A DNA stretch of 64,000 nt from positions 44,890,001-44,954,000 of the forward strand of contig NW_024704742.1 of assembly GCF_018977255.1 (NCBI RefSeq). Direction: 5' to 3'. Position 1 is the stretch's first letter, and the number at the start of each line of letters is the position of its first letter. Under the pieces are notes generated by a model. That model saw nothing but the letters and a program-made list of their open reading frames with translations. It was not told where the DNA came from and made no database searches. Made by a program: the position numbers and the translations under genes. The DNA is from Callorhinchus milii (lineage: Eukaryota). Of this stretch, positions 49,613 to 62,369 are shown piece after piece.

Positions 49613-49879
49613 GTGTATATATGTACTAAAAGCAGATTAAATTATTCTAAAGCTGATCTAGAATTCCTTTTCATTATTATAGGAGTGGTTGGAACATGTT
49701 TAAGATAAGTAATAGGACCAGAATTTCCAAAATTATTAGTATATTTTCCTCTTTATTTTACAATGTGCAGAAGGAATTGGATTCTTATCACTGAACAGTA
49801 GGGACCTGTTTTTGAGACATTCAAGTTAATTTTCTGGAGGGAGAGGGGCAGCTCTGATGATATAGTAAGTAGGGCAGCT

Positions 49880-50145
49880 GGGGACCAGAAGCTTGGACCC
49901 CCAGCAGAAGTCATTGGATGAGGATCAGCTGCAGTTTGAACTCTGACTTTTCTATTTTTTTCCAAACTTGTGGGCAATGAGTAGAACTCTAATGTCTTTA
50001 TTTTTAAAATTACTTTTGGGGAGGTCAGCCAGGTGTCTGACACATGCGGAAACCCATCACCATGCTTTAGAGTTCCCAAACCAAGCTGAAATTTCCACCT
50101 ACACATAGAAATCCCAGAAATAGATTGTTGGAATGGTATGTACAC
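49880..50145 (-). repeat. Partial copy of the repeat at 53060-53530 (inverted)
   Basis: ggatgaggatcagctgcagtttgaact and tgacacatgcggaaacccatcac are reverse complements of motifs in 53175-53415. Confidence 0.85.
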
Positions 50146-50159
50146 TCTCTCCCTGGAGG

Positions 50160-51020
50160 AATGCATCCTGGTTACCTAATTCCGGAAAGTATTAGATGCT
50201 GGTTGGCAAGAGTCAAGGCTTGGAGACCCTAGAGTGTGCATTGGTAACTACTGGAGCTAAAACCGCATAGCATTGATATTGCTGTCTGGCAAGCTTTCCA
50301 GCTGCTTGTCCAGCTAGGACCACCCTAACCATAAGCGCTTTGACTTGCAGGGTTAACAGGAGCTGAGTGGGATGACTCTCTGCCTCCAGTGACTGGTCTG
50401 CACTTCCAGGTCCTGCCGATGAGCCAGGCTGACTATACTGTCATAGGCAGTGCCCTGGAATACTGCAGACCTGTCTGGCTCAGGAACTGGACTACCAAGA
50501 CCGCGACAGAAGGCTGGCAGGATTCCGACATTCCATTGCCAGATATGTCACCTTGGAATCAGTTCAGCTCCAAGGAGACCCTGCTCACCTCCCACCCCCC
50601 CCAAGGAGATAGTCACTAGTTGTTTGTTCAACATCTGACAAGCATAGGTTTGAGTCTCACTGGGTGGATAGTAGGTACAAGGAACCCTTCTGCAAGTTTC
50701 TGGTTGGTTATGATGTGCCAGTCACCTTGATGTTCTTGAGCTCCAAGTCCAAACCTGCATACCAGGCTTACATAGCACCAGCTGCTCAATCCAGGTCCTC
50801 GTGGAAGGGGCCTTGACAAATAGATGTGCCCGCTGTGAAGCCACATCACTTTCAGATTGCTTAGCAACAAATCAGTATAGGCCAGAGTCCACACTCCCTG
50901 TAGCCACTTCCTGTTTTGCCACAAATCCACCTCACTGCTTGATCCTGTACTTTGCAGATAGGTTAGAGGAAGCCTCCCTACTGCATCTCTAGAAGCTCAG
51001 ATGGATGAAGGAAGATAGTT
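50160..51020 (-). mobile_element. Heavily decayed non-LTR retrotransposon RT, I-group-like (distinct from the L2 and CR1 copies here)
   Basis: Across frameshifts, in order: QG-SV-LWPILI, FTAGTSI, WYAGLDLELKNIK, YL...DSNLCLSDVEQ, WQWNVGILPAFCRGLGSPVPE, SLEAESHP. Confidence 0.6.
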
Positions 51021-51869
51021 TTCATACAGGTCTTGTATGCCACAAGTTTGACCTGCATTGGGACCTTGTTGTATGTGTGAATGCTAGTTAACCATGCTCC
51101 AGTTTTGCCTTAATTGTACCTTTGTATAACACTGGTACTTAAGCTTCAAAATCATTACTGATCTTATTTTATTTCTTTGCACTTTTTAATTAATTAATTA
51201 ATTAATTTTGCGCTTGTACTTTAAACTTAACACCTGCAATTATTTAATTGCACTAAATGTATCTTAGGTGAAATAATTGCAAATCAGTCTTAATGAAAAT
51301 ATTATTTCGAACCGAAAGGACTAAAGGGGGAAAATATGTTCAAAATGTTTCTGAAAAGGCACAAAATCATCTGAAAGAGTGAAACCCCTTGCAGATAAGA
51401 AAGTGTCACTCAAACCATTTAAACAAACCTTGACATGAAATACTTTTACATGGATTGTTTAAATTCAGCAGAATTTAATAAATATACAGAGGCTCATTTC
51501 TATCATTGTGTTCCTACCAGCTCAGGTTCTAAGGACAAACATTTTATATTGCAAAGGAGATTAAACATATTCTTTTCATTATTTCACTTTGTTCAGTTTT
51601 AGTTAGGTACATTTCTATCTTTCGTATAAACTCCACGATGTGCAATTTGACTCAATCATTTACTGTGAAACGGTTTCCCCTTATGAACTCATACTTAAGA
51701 TACCTTTTTCTCATGAATAAGAATCCTCAAAATCAACCTGTGCCTTAGAATGGCAGTAAAGTTCCTTTTTCTCCCCTGACTCTTTAGGATCTGGCTGTGT
51801 CCTGGATTTGCAGAGATATGGTATGATGCTTCATTTTAAATGTTGACATATGTAAATTATCATCAGTGA

Positions 51870-52270
51870 TAAATAATCCTTATATTTGACATAGTACCTT
51901 CCATCAGATGACATCTCAAAGTCCATTGCAGGATATATTGTAAAATGTAAGGACTGTGCACATTATAGGTGAAAGCAACAGCCAAGTGGCACACAGCAGT
52001 GTCCCACAAACAACTATGAAGTGAACAGGAATTTTATTTGGAGAATTGTTGGCTAAGATCCTGGGAGAAAACTCCTTTTTGATAAATGCCATGGGGTCTT
52101 TAACATCCACATGAGCAAACAGACATTGTCTTATCAATACCCTCAGCAATGCATTGAACTTTCAGCCTGGACCATATGGGTTAAAAGCCCTCAAAAGGGT
52201 TTTAAAGGAGAATGAATCCACAACCTTCTGATTTACAGGCGAGAGTGTTATCAACTGAGCCAGATTGCCA
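51870..52270 (-). mobile_element. Deu-domain SINE
   Basis: Shared tail gcacacagcagtgtcccacaaa; head tgaatccacaaccttctgatttacaggcgagagtgttatcaactgagccag. Confidence 0.85.
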
Positions 52271-53059
52271 CATATTTTCTGATGTGATAATTGTTACTAA
52301 AGATGACTATCATTTATGGACTTGATTATCACATCAGCAAAATGGGAATGGCTACCGAGCCAATTGAGAACAAAAGAGAAGCTGTGGAGTTCAACCTGAC
52401 CCTGACTTCAGCTTAATGGTGATCCCTGATGTTAGCCAGAAGCTTTCTGAAGCAGTCAACCGATGGCAGAGCAAAGCATTTGTATGCTGCTTCACAGAAC
52501 ATTGGTCGTCCCATTTTTCACCCAGATGTTTCTGGTTTGCTGAATAACTCATTTAAGTTTTATTCCCCATTATGTGACAATAAAGCTGTACCTTATTATT
52601 TTTGGTCAGACAGCTGTCTGACACATGTGGAAATGATTGTTAAATTCAGTAGATGCATGTTAAGGAGATTATCAGGTTTACTCCAAAGTATTATTTGGAG
52701 TAATCCTAACAAAGCAATCCTGAGGTCTCCTTTTAAAATGGTTGCACTTATTTGTTTAGCTAAAATTAGACTTTGAAAAGGTACTCACCTACAGCTGGCC
52801 TCTAACTGTTCAAGCATAATTTTCTGGTGTTTCCTATGTTTAGTAGAGCTGAGAGCACTGATGCATGAAAGTAGAACACCTATCCTATTGCTCACAGCAG
52901 GCACTTTGTGCTATACCAGAGGAATTCTGAAGGCCAGAATATGGTGCCTTGTTTAACACTTGAAGTTACAAAGAAAATCTCTGTCTCTGGTACTGTATAA
53001 AACTGACAATGTAAAAAACACATTTTAGAAAGCTGAGTTGATCCATTATTGTGCAGTGC

Positions 53060-53530
53060 TGTGACCACTAAAGCGTTCAGTTTTTTATCCGTTGAGTACC
53101 TGAGCCAAAAATGATCTGGAAGGCTCCAGGTTCAATAGCAAATCTGTTCTGAGTCTACTGCAAGGTGATACTAAACACATTGCAACAATCTATCTCCAGG
53201 ATTTCTGTGTGTAGGTGGGATTCATGGACATCTCAGCTTGGATTGGATACTCTTAAGCACAGTGATGGGTTTCCACATGTATCAGACACTTGGCTGACCC
53301 ACCCAAAAAATAAAAAAATGATATTACAGTTCTATTCAATGCCCCCAAGTTAGGGAAGGGAACAAAGTCAGTTCAAACTGCAGCTGATCCTCATCCAGCG
53401 ACCCATGCTGGGGGAGTGAATATACTTCAGTTTTGATGTGATGTCTTCTGTGATTTAACACACTTCTAATACTCATTGTTAAGACTCACATATGAATAAT
53501 GATTGCTTGGTCACGGTACCAGAAGGAACC
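53060..53530 (+). mobile_element. Ancient SINE-like repeat carrying an extra ~170-bp module
   Basis: Head ggaaggctccaggttcaat; tgatcctcatccagcgacccatgctgg; actcacatatgaataatg...ggtaccagaagg end. Confidence 0.65.
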
Positions 53531-55934
53531 CATAATATGAATGCAAATAAAACATTTAAAAATATTTTGCTTAAAATGTTTCATGTTTTCTTTGCTCTCT
53601 ACAATTGCTTCCCCCCATATTAAGGTGCTTTACTCCCATTTTCTTTTATTCTTTATTCCCCAAGAAATTTTAAAAGAAGGCCTGAACCATTGCCATTGGA
53701 ATTTTTGTTAAATACCCTAAAAACATTTATTGGTTGCAGTCAAAAACACAGTTAAATTAAATTTTTCATGCAAAAATGATTGCTATGTGCATGATTCAGT
53801 GTGCAATGATTTCAATACATGGTAAATACCTTTTGAGGGAAAGGAATTTTCCATTAGGTTGCTTGTCTGATAGACGAGCTCAATTAATGAAGCACCCCTA
53901 TGGCAAGCAAATTATTTTCGTAATACAATTTTTCTTGAGTATAATTTTATAATTGCTTAATTGTAGCCAGATTATATTCTTTAACAATTTTCTGAAACTT
54001 TTCATAGAATTCTGACTTGGATCCAGTTACTAAACTATTAATGCTAGAGGATTGAATACTTTCTCGCAGAGAAGTCACATTTCCTGTCTAATTCTGAGGC
54101 TGTTGTAATTATGAAGACTGAATCGGTCGGTGGTTTTCCACTGAATTTTAATTAATACCAGTTCTGTGAAAAGGTGCGGAATGAGTCCCAGCGGTTGCGT
54201 CCTTTCCAGAATATTTTGTACAAAGAAACTGCAAGATGTTTCTGCACAGCATGGAGAATTGCATAGAGGATATGGGACATTGTGTTTATGAATTTGTTTG
54301 TGTTGAATGTGTTCATGAGTTTCCCTATAAAATATACAGTTACTATACTTTACAGTTTATCCTGTGAAGCACTACTGTGGGGCATCGTCATAATGTGTAA
54401 GGTTATATCAAATGTAAGGATTATTATTATGAATAACCAGTTGAAATCTAGAAATAAGAGTGTCTTATTTAAAATGAATAAAATAAAATAATAAACCTTG
54501 TAAAATGGGTCGAATTTACAATAACTGTAAACTAGATACCTTGAGTTAATTGTAAGTATCAGAAGCCATTTGATTTGGGAGATATGTAGAATGGCTAATT
54601 ATAACATCCAGTCAACAAACAATGATAAAAAAAAGCTGATGGTTTTATTCACCAGCCTTTTCCAGATTTGACCAACTTTCAGGATTTGAGATTCGGCGTT
54701 TTTACAAATGTCACATATCAAATTTTGAACAATATTTGCAAACCAGAAGTCATAACTTTTCAATAAATCAAGTTTAAATACATCACAAATTAGATCTCAT
54801 CGTTATCCAATCAATCATGGGTTGATTCCAGGAATAGTGCACTTTTCTCCTGAGGAGCCCATGATGTCTCCTTCTCATGCTAAATATATCCAATCCATTA
54901 GATTAGCAGCACGATTATCACAGTTTAGTGCCTTAGCAAGCAGGAAACATGTCTCTTGTCTCCTACAAGGAAGAATCTGGCCACCATTCCTAACTTGCTG
55001 ATCAGAAACTTCATTGCTTAAACTCATGAATCAAGCAGAAAAATCATTTGAATGACACCAAAGTGTTTATCATTGCGGAAAAGATACTGACCAGGAGAAT
55101 GCTCTACATTTGTGTAATCCGATAGGGATTACATCCTACAGTAAAGGTTCAGGAAACATGTTAGTAATAGGAATGCTTATTTTGTGGACAACATTATTTC
55201 ATTTGCAGCACCTTTATTTGAGCGATTCTTTTCCTTGTAACAGACAATATTTGGGATACATTACTGATACCCAATTCTTCATGCAAATCTCTTAACTAGC
55301 GGAAAAAACACACTACTTTAGCTATGTTTGCCCCACACCTTTGCTGCCTCCCTAGGCACCAAGTGCTTATTAAAGATCCTATGACACTGTATAAAATGAG
55401 ATGGGAATGTTTCCCCATAGCCTGAAGAACAGTGCTTCAGATTAATTGCCGATGGCTGTTTGTGGCACCTGGTTGTATAATAGCTGCCACACTTGACTAG
55501 AAAAACATTTAATAAATTGGCAGTAATGAATTGGGAAGCTTGTTGAACTTGTTTGATGTAATAAGTCACTAAGAATACAACTTATTTTTCTTTTTCTTAC
55601 TGTAGAACATAAGAACTCAAATAAATAACTGCAGGGAAAGTGCTTTTTGTAGAGTGAGAGATATAATTTGGGGTGGGAATGAGACCAGATTTGACTTGTG
55701 AAATTTAAGAACATTCAAAAGTTTTTATTTATTGCCTTCTAAGTAAAGGGAATATCTTTACAGCTTTTCTCCACGAGTAGTTGGGGTGAACATCATGCTG
55801 GTAAGGTTCTCTATTCTCTGCAGAGAGAGCTGGCTCAATGGCTGAAAACCTTTTTTCATTTTATGCTTTCTTATTATCTTATACCACCACTACCATCAAG
55901 TCTGATCATGCTTCTCAACTCGAATGTGACTTCA

Positions 55935-56435
55935 CAAGATCATAACAGAGGTAGGCCCTTCGGCCAATTTTACCTCATCCTTACAGAATACCCAACTTAC
56001 TGTTCGTTCATCAAGCTTTTTTTTAAAATGAGTCAATGGTCCTACATTAACCACTCTTCCTGGTAAATTGTTTAGATTGTTAATTATCCTCCGAGTAAAG
56101 AAATACTTCTTTGTATCTGTCTTAAAATTGCCCTTTGAAACCCTGAACCCTATGTCTCATTGTTCGGCTTTCTCATTACATCTGAAAGTATTGTTCTTGG
56201 TTTACTTTTCTATCCCATTTAAAATAATCTGTGACATTTCCTTGCTAGACTGAAGAGCACTACCTTGTCTAACCATTGCTTGTAGTTCATTCCACTAACT
56301 TCATTCTCATTATTCTCTTCTGCCCTGCATTTAGAACTTGGGCATCTTCTTTATGTCGCAATGAACATAATTGTATACAGCACTCAAGGTGTGGTCTCTC
56401 AAGAGCACAAAACAGCTTGAGTATGACTTCTGGTT
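55935..56435 (-). mobile_element. CR1 LINE 3' fragment
   Basis: KPEVILKLFCALERPHLECCIQLCS in the minus frame; 3' UTR near 55940. Confidence 0.88.
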
Positions 56436-56759
56436 TCCAGCAATCAGAAGAATAATTTCCAACATCTGCAACGTGTTGGATCAACAGTTAGTTACTCTGG
56501 AGGGAATGGCAAATTAAAATAGTACTCGGTGAAGCAGTATTGCAGCACCACTCTCAGGGCTGGGAATAATTATGCTTCTCATTCACTTAAAAATATCCTG
56601 GAGCAGATATTGAATGTTCAGAGTCAGTGGATGAAACCATTCTTCCAAATGACAAATGGTAAGGGCCTGTTTATCCCTATCATAATTATCACATTACCCA
56701 CTGCATCTTTCCACTTATCAGTTTTCTGTCAAGGTTATAAAAATGTTAAACATTGCACA

Positions 56760-56930
56760 GCAAACAGCAACAACAAATTGCATTTGTATAGCGCCTTTCA
56801 AGTTGGGAGGATGTCCCAAGGTGCTGGACATTCAGGGATTTGGACCCGAGCAGGGGGATGGGATCAGTGGGGGGTTAAGAGCAGGGAAGTTAGGTGTAGG
56901 AGGGTGGCCGAATGCACAGTCGAAGAGGAT
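56760..56930 (-). mobile_element. L2 3' end
   Basis: ttgcatttgtatagcgcctttcaagttgggaggatgtcccaaggtgctggaca. Confidence 0.9.
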
Positions 56931-58239
56931 ATCTCAAACTGAGAGAGGTTTGAATTCTTCAAACATTTTGCATGCCTTCAATCAACTCAATAGCTGACCT
57001 CATTACAAACAGCTTGTTTGGTACAAATTAATGCTACATTGTTCTCAAAGGTTTGTACTTGCAGAATGTGTTCATTGCACAAAGAAATCTAAGACATAAT
57101 TGTTTACTTTCTTCGTGCAATTATTTGCAAATGTACCATTTGTCATTTAGATCTCTGGGCACACTTAATATTCTTGAAAGGTGCCCAACTAACAAAGCTT
57201 TCCTACAAACGGAACATGGGCAGATGGAAAATAAATATTTTAATTAAGATTTCATGTTTCGAAATAAATTAAAATGCATGATGTATTATATATCAATGAA
57301 TATCGGTGCTAGTTTCAAAGGCTGGAGCCATGATATTGCAACTAGTCAAAATAACATCACTAATCGAATGGAACACAGTTACCACTGTATAATTGGATAT
57401 GTTTTTAAAGATGGCATTATTGTGCATCATAGTGCTTCCTACAATTATGCAAAAAACCATGACTCTTTCACACACACATATATCTATCATGACACAGTTG
57501 CCAGTATAATCCTCCTGCAGCTACTAAATACACAAGGAATGATCTCAGGGAGTGCTTTCACATCAAGAATGAAAAATGGTACCAACTCACTTGCTTACAA
57601 ACGTGTCTCCTGAGATCTGCGCACAGTGCAAAACAAGAACTACCAACATAATGAGAGTTAAATCTACATATAAACATACAAATATTGAAAACATTATAAA
57701 ACACAGACTGTGAGGATTCATTAATCCAAAATAAAATCAGTGTATATATGTGTAACTGCAACTGATAATGGTCTTAGCATCCTACATATAAGGATGAAAT
57801 TCTTAGCGTTAAACTGTCATTAGCATATACATAGATACTGCAACATCAAGGTTATTTAAACATATTGAAATATTCAATTGAATCGTGTCAGATGCCCATT
57901 GTGAATAGGCCTTATGCATGTATTTTGATATTTCATGCAAAGTCTGCATCCTTTTTACCTGCTGTTTGTGAGGACATAGGTGTGTTGAATAAGCTATTTT
58001 CCAGGCCAATGTCTTAAGAAGATGCAAAGCAAAGTGAAAGCTTCATGAATAGTGATGTGATTGCAGTATTGCATGTGTTGGTTAAGTTAAATGTTAGAGT
58101 CCTATCAGCCAGAATATCACAACTCTGCTCATATTGAATTAGATCTTCTTTATACCTTGTGACTGGATTTGGTTTCAAGAATCCCAAATTTGGCCATTTG
58201 AAAGCTGAATTTGAATTTGATCTCTACCTCTATTTACAT

Positions 58240-58790
58240 TTGGGGGAATGCTGGCCAGAAAACTGGGAGAAACTCCCTTCTCTTTTCAAATAGTGCCATG
58301 GAATCTTTAAGGTCCACCTGAATAGGGAGACAGGCCCTCAGTTTAACATCCCATCTAAAGGACAGCACCTCCAACAATGAAACACTTTCCCATCACTGCA
58401 TTAACATTTGCAGGGGAGCCTTCAGCCACTCTGCCCCAACCTCCGGAATTCCATCCCCCAGTCACTCCACCTCGCCCCCTCCTTAGCCTCCTTCAAGTCC
58501 CGCCTCAAGACCCTCCTCTTTGACCATGGCATGGGCCACCCCCCTTCCCCTCCCCTTCCTTCTCCCTTCTCCCCCCCTGACCCTAGCTCGGGTCTGAAAT
58601 GCTGTACTCTGTCCAGCGCCTTGGGACGTCCTCCCCATGTGAAAGGCACTATACAAATGTAATCTTGTTGTTGTTGTTTGAGTGTTGGCTGAGACTGCAT
58701 GAATTCCACGTCCCGTCGTGGGGCTTGAACCTACACATAACTTTCTGACTCAGAGGTGAGAGTGTTACCAACTAAGTCAGGCTGTTACAG
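58240..58790 (-). mobile_element. Deu-domain SINE split by an L2 3' end
   Basis: Core to ...cactgcatt (about 58402); resumes at gagtgttggctgagac (about 58680) and runs to the head. Confidence 0.88.
58405..58678 (+). mobile_element. L2 3' end
   Basis: NSIPQSLHLAPSLASFKSRLKTLLFD; hairpin and (TTG)n tail. Confidence 0.93.
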
Positions 58791-59799
58791 GCAGGGTTAA
58801 GTTGCCCACAATGAGACACAGAATAACATCAGATAGTTTCTTGTATAGTCCATTGACAAAGAACTAGAGATGCACCAACTGGTCAGTGATATCTGTACCT
58901 CCGAATAACGTCTTGTGGTGAGCTTTTGAACCTACAAAAACAACAAAAACAAAATTATAATGTCTGATATTCTATCATTTCCAGGTATTTGTTACATTCA
59001 AACTTTCAACCCATACAGACACAATTGGCAGATAAATTGATAGATTCTGTTAAGACTTCTGTTAAGTCTTAGCTTTACTGCCACAAAAATGACACAAAGT
59101 TTAGCCCCTTTGAAGTACCTGTACTTACATTATGGTGGGTTAACTGTGTGACATGAACTACGTACTGAAGATATCATCTTGGTGTTGTAAGTGTTCGGTT
59201 TACTGTTTCAACCACGAAGAGGTGACCTTCACAAAATAATTCAGAAAGAAGATATTGTGATGAACTGGATTTAATTCACCAGCTAATGCTTGAGCAGAGG
59301 GATTGCCATGTCTTCCATACAATTACATGGAGTCTTGACCAGATAGAGCCATGCAATTATACAGAGTATATAATTACCTGAAGTAATGCCCTCTCCCCAT
59401 GAAAAGATTAGGGAGGCTTATGGTCAACTCCTCAACCAATGCAATTATCAAAACTAACTACACAGGTGCGAATTAAATCATCTGGCTATCTTTTATACAA
59501 TTAAACTAATTAAGCATTTGAGAGGAGTGCAATGCAAGCCAATAATGAATTTTTAGTACCTAGAAATTGCTATGCAAATAAATTGGGTATTCAATTTATT
59601 CAATATGCAATTAGATGGAGTTCACTGTAGATGGTACTGTCATTGATGATTGGTTTTGAATGTTCTCAGGAAACCTGGACAATTCAGTAATTCCGTCCTG
59701 AGAGCCAGATAACAAGACTCTCGAGAATCCAACCAATGCTCTTAACACGTTTGCTAGGTGTCTCATATGAAGGTTCCAGTTACTAAGCATTTCTACAAT

Positions 59800-60060
59800 A
59801 TGTAAAAATTCTCTAAGCATGGTTGTCTCTGGGTCAGAATGTCATGGGCTTGAACCTCATGTTAGAACGTGACCTTATAGCTAAGGCTTGCTGTTCAATG
59901 CAGTACAGGGAATACTGCATTGTCACAGAAGCTGTAACTTGCAGATGACATGCTAACCTGAGATCCCATCTGCTAATTCAGGTGGGCACTAAAAATCCCA
60001 TGGAATTATTGAAAAAGGGAGAGTTTATCCAAACATCATGTCAACAATCCTCGGCCATTC
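59800..60060 (+). mobile_element. Old Deu-domain SINE
   Basis: tctctgggtcagaatgtcatgggcttga head; ctgcattgtca...gatgacatgctaacctgag core. Confidence 0.7.
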
Positions 60061-60137
60061 ATATCATAGAACAAGACTGGCACAAATAGCTACTTTGTGT
60101 ACCCATTCATACAATCACTATTCTTGACAGTAATTAC

Positions 60138-60306
60138 CTGTGAAGCAATTTATATCTAATTTTTTCTGTATTTCTGTTGAGTACAAAGAACGTAGCTGCT
60201 TTAAGAAGGGCAGAATGTTTTCTGCTTGCCCAAGCTTGATTGCAATACTTAGAGTAGAGTACTGCACGTCCATGTATCTAGAGACATAAACTCTGAGGCT
60301 GGAAAT
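60138..60306 (-). other. Candidate 169-nt exon (one open frame: ISSLRVYVSRYMDVQY...LDINCFT)
   Basis: Long polypyrimidine acceptor ending ttcttccctctcacag; donor CAG|gtaatt; no recognisable homology. Confidence 0.25.
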
Positions 60307-60645
60307 CTGTGAGAGGGAAGAAAAAAACAAAACATTTGTTGTGTTTCTAAAAAGAACTGTTCAAGCCTGTAGCTCTGGTTATAAAAGGCCAAGGGAATGA
60401 GCTGTTTGAATGGGTAAACTACCAATTAAAATATTTTAATTTGATTTAAGTAAGAAAAAAGCATTATCTTATAATGATAAACTGCGCATTTTATCACTTT
60501 GTCGAGACATCTCAGAGTTCTATCACGAAATATACTGTATAGTGATGTGACTGTGTTTATTTTGTAAGCAAAATTTTATTCAACAAATGAAATTTATCCA
60601 AAGACACAGGGATAATTTATAACGAAAACAGCAGTTCCCACATTA

Positions 60646-60878
60646 AATAATATAATAATTTTTGTATTTGATATAGCGCTTTTCATGTCTTCTAGATGTC
60701 CCAAAGTGCTTCACGGAATATACTGTAAAGTGAATTGACTGTATATTTTTGGGTGAACGTGGCAGTCAATTGTGCACAGCAATATCCCAGAAACAGTTGA
60801 AGTGACCAATTTTTTTTTCTTGAGGGATTATCATCAGGCATGTGGAGTAAGGAAACTTGCCCAATGTTTTGCCTTGCC
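60646..60878 (-). mobile_element. tRNA-SINE short form lacking its head
   Basis: Tail and gtggagtaaggaaacttgcccaa core; abuts an L2 fragment (60879-60985, +) and a Deu-SINE fragment (60990-61180, -). Confidence 0.9.
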
Positions 60879-61225
60879 ACTATCTCACACTGCAGGCTGC
60901 CAAAACCTTCATACGTGCTTTCATTACATCGAGGCTCGATTACGCAAACTCGTTGCTTGTCGGCCTCCCCAACTCCTCCCTTCATTTATCTGGAGTATTG
61001 TTGGTGAGGACATTGGGAGAAAGTCCCTTCTCTCTTTGAATAGTTGCATAGAATCTTAAATTTCCACTTGAACATAGAGACAGGACTTTGGTGTAATGCC
61101 TCACCTGAACAACAGCACCTTTGACAATGCTGCATTCCCCCAGTACTCCTCAGACGTCAGCCGAGACTGTGAGCTCATGTTTCCAGTAACAGACTAAACT
61201 GTAGTAATATAAACTGAAGTAATAT

Positions 61226-61603
61226 AATATAATATGATCCTTGCATTTGATATAGCACTTTATCATGTCTTCAAGATGTCTCAAATCACTTCACAGAATA
61301 TACTGTAAAGTGTAGTGACTGTATATTTTGTAGACAAAATGTGGCTGCCAATTGTGCACAGCAGTGTCCCACAAAATCGTGGATCAAGTGACCAATTTCT
61401 TATTTATTTAATTTTTTTGGAGGGATTCTTACCAGTGGAAAGCTATTCCCCAATTGAGACTAACACCCGGGTTGCTAGTTACTGCTAGATATACAGATGC
61501 GTGTGGAGTAAGGAAACTTGCCTAAGGTTTCATCCTGCCTGGAAATCAAATGCAGGTCCTCTTGCTTGTGAGGTGAGTGCTCTAACCACTATGCTACAGG
61601 ACT
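61226..61603 (-). mobile_element. tRNA-SINE long form, diverged
   Basis: Tail, long-form segment, gagtgctctaaccactatgctacaggact head. Confidence 0.9.
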
Positions 61604-62369
61604 AAGAGTGTGTGAGAAATGGAGAGAGAGAGAGTTCCTGATGTGTGGAAATTCCAGAAATGTGGAGAAATTCAGTCTACACACATACACACATGAACAT
61701 TAGACAATCAACACCAATGTTAACCAATAAATTCATATCCAGAACTCCAATACATTTTGAATCAAAAGTATACAACAGCAGAGTACACAATTCTCATTTC
61801 TTAACAAAAGAACAGCGAAAGCAAGCTGTCACAAAACCCTTCTAACATAATTAAACCCTATATTATTCTGTAAAATCCAGCAACCAATAACCATTTTAAC
61901 ATATAATTTTTTTTAAAAAAGTTTGTAATTGTTGTAGTCCCAGGTATACCATTCCAAGCAAAACACTGTGTTAATTTGAATGAACAATTGTGATGCTCAT
62001 GGATATTACTTAACTGTTGTTCTGCACTTTCCTCTCAGCCTGTATGGTTGGAATATAAACAGCTTCCTTCATTATTGCCCAAGGGAGCTCCATGATGCTC
62101 TATCATTACAGAAGTATTGACTTTCTGTCTGGATACTTATGAACGGTGGATGGTTGCACTGCCTTTCCTGGCCACTGTAACACTGCTTGGTCATACCTCA
62201 GAGTGTCCAGACAGCCTTGCATATCACTTGCAGAGCCTTTGGTTGGAAAAATATGCAGGAAAATTATCTTACAATCATCTTCAACTACTGTTCACAAAAC
62301 GAAATGTTTTATCCAAAGTCTAATAATCAAACTGCTTACTGTTCTATTTCTCAGGTATTTTATTGATAA

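Noticed and set aside
51184..51208. (TTAA)n run and other microsatellites
   Set aside because: Simple low-complexity repeats; most (TTG)n and (TTA)n tracts are retroposon tails.
49880..53415. Single 3.5-kb DNA transposon with long TIRs
   Set aside because: The right copy extends on both sides as part of a SINE-like element, the interior is unrelated retroelement and unique DNA, and no TSD or transposase was seen.
57254..57613. 119-aa ORF in unique sequence
   Set aside because: No recognisable domain or convincing splice sites; compatible with chance.
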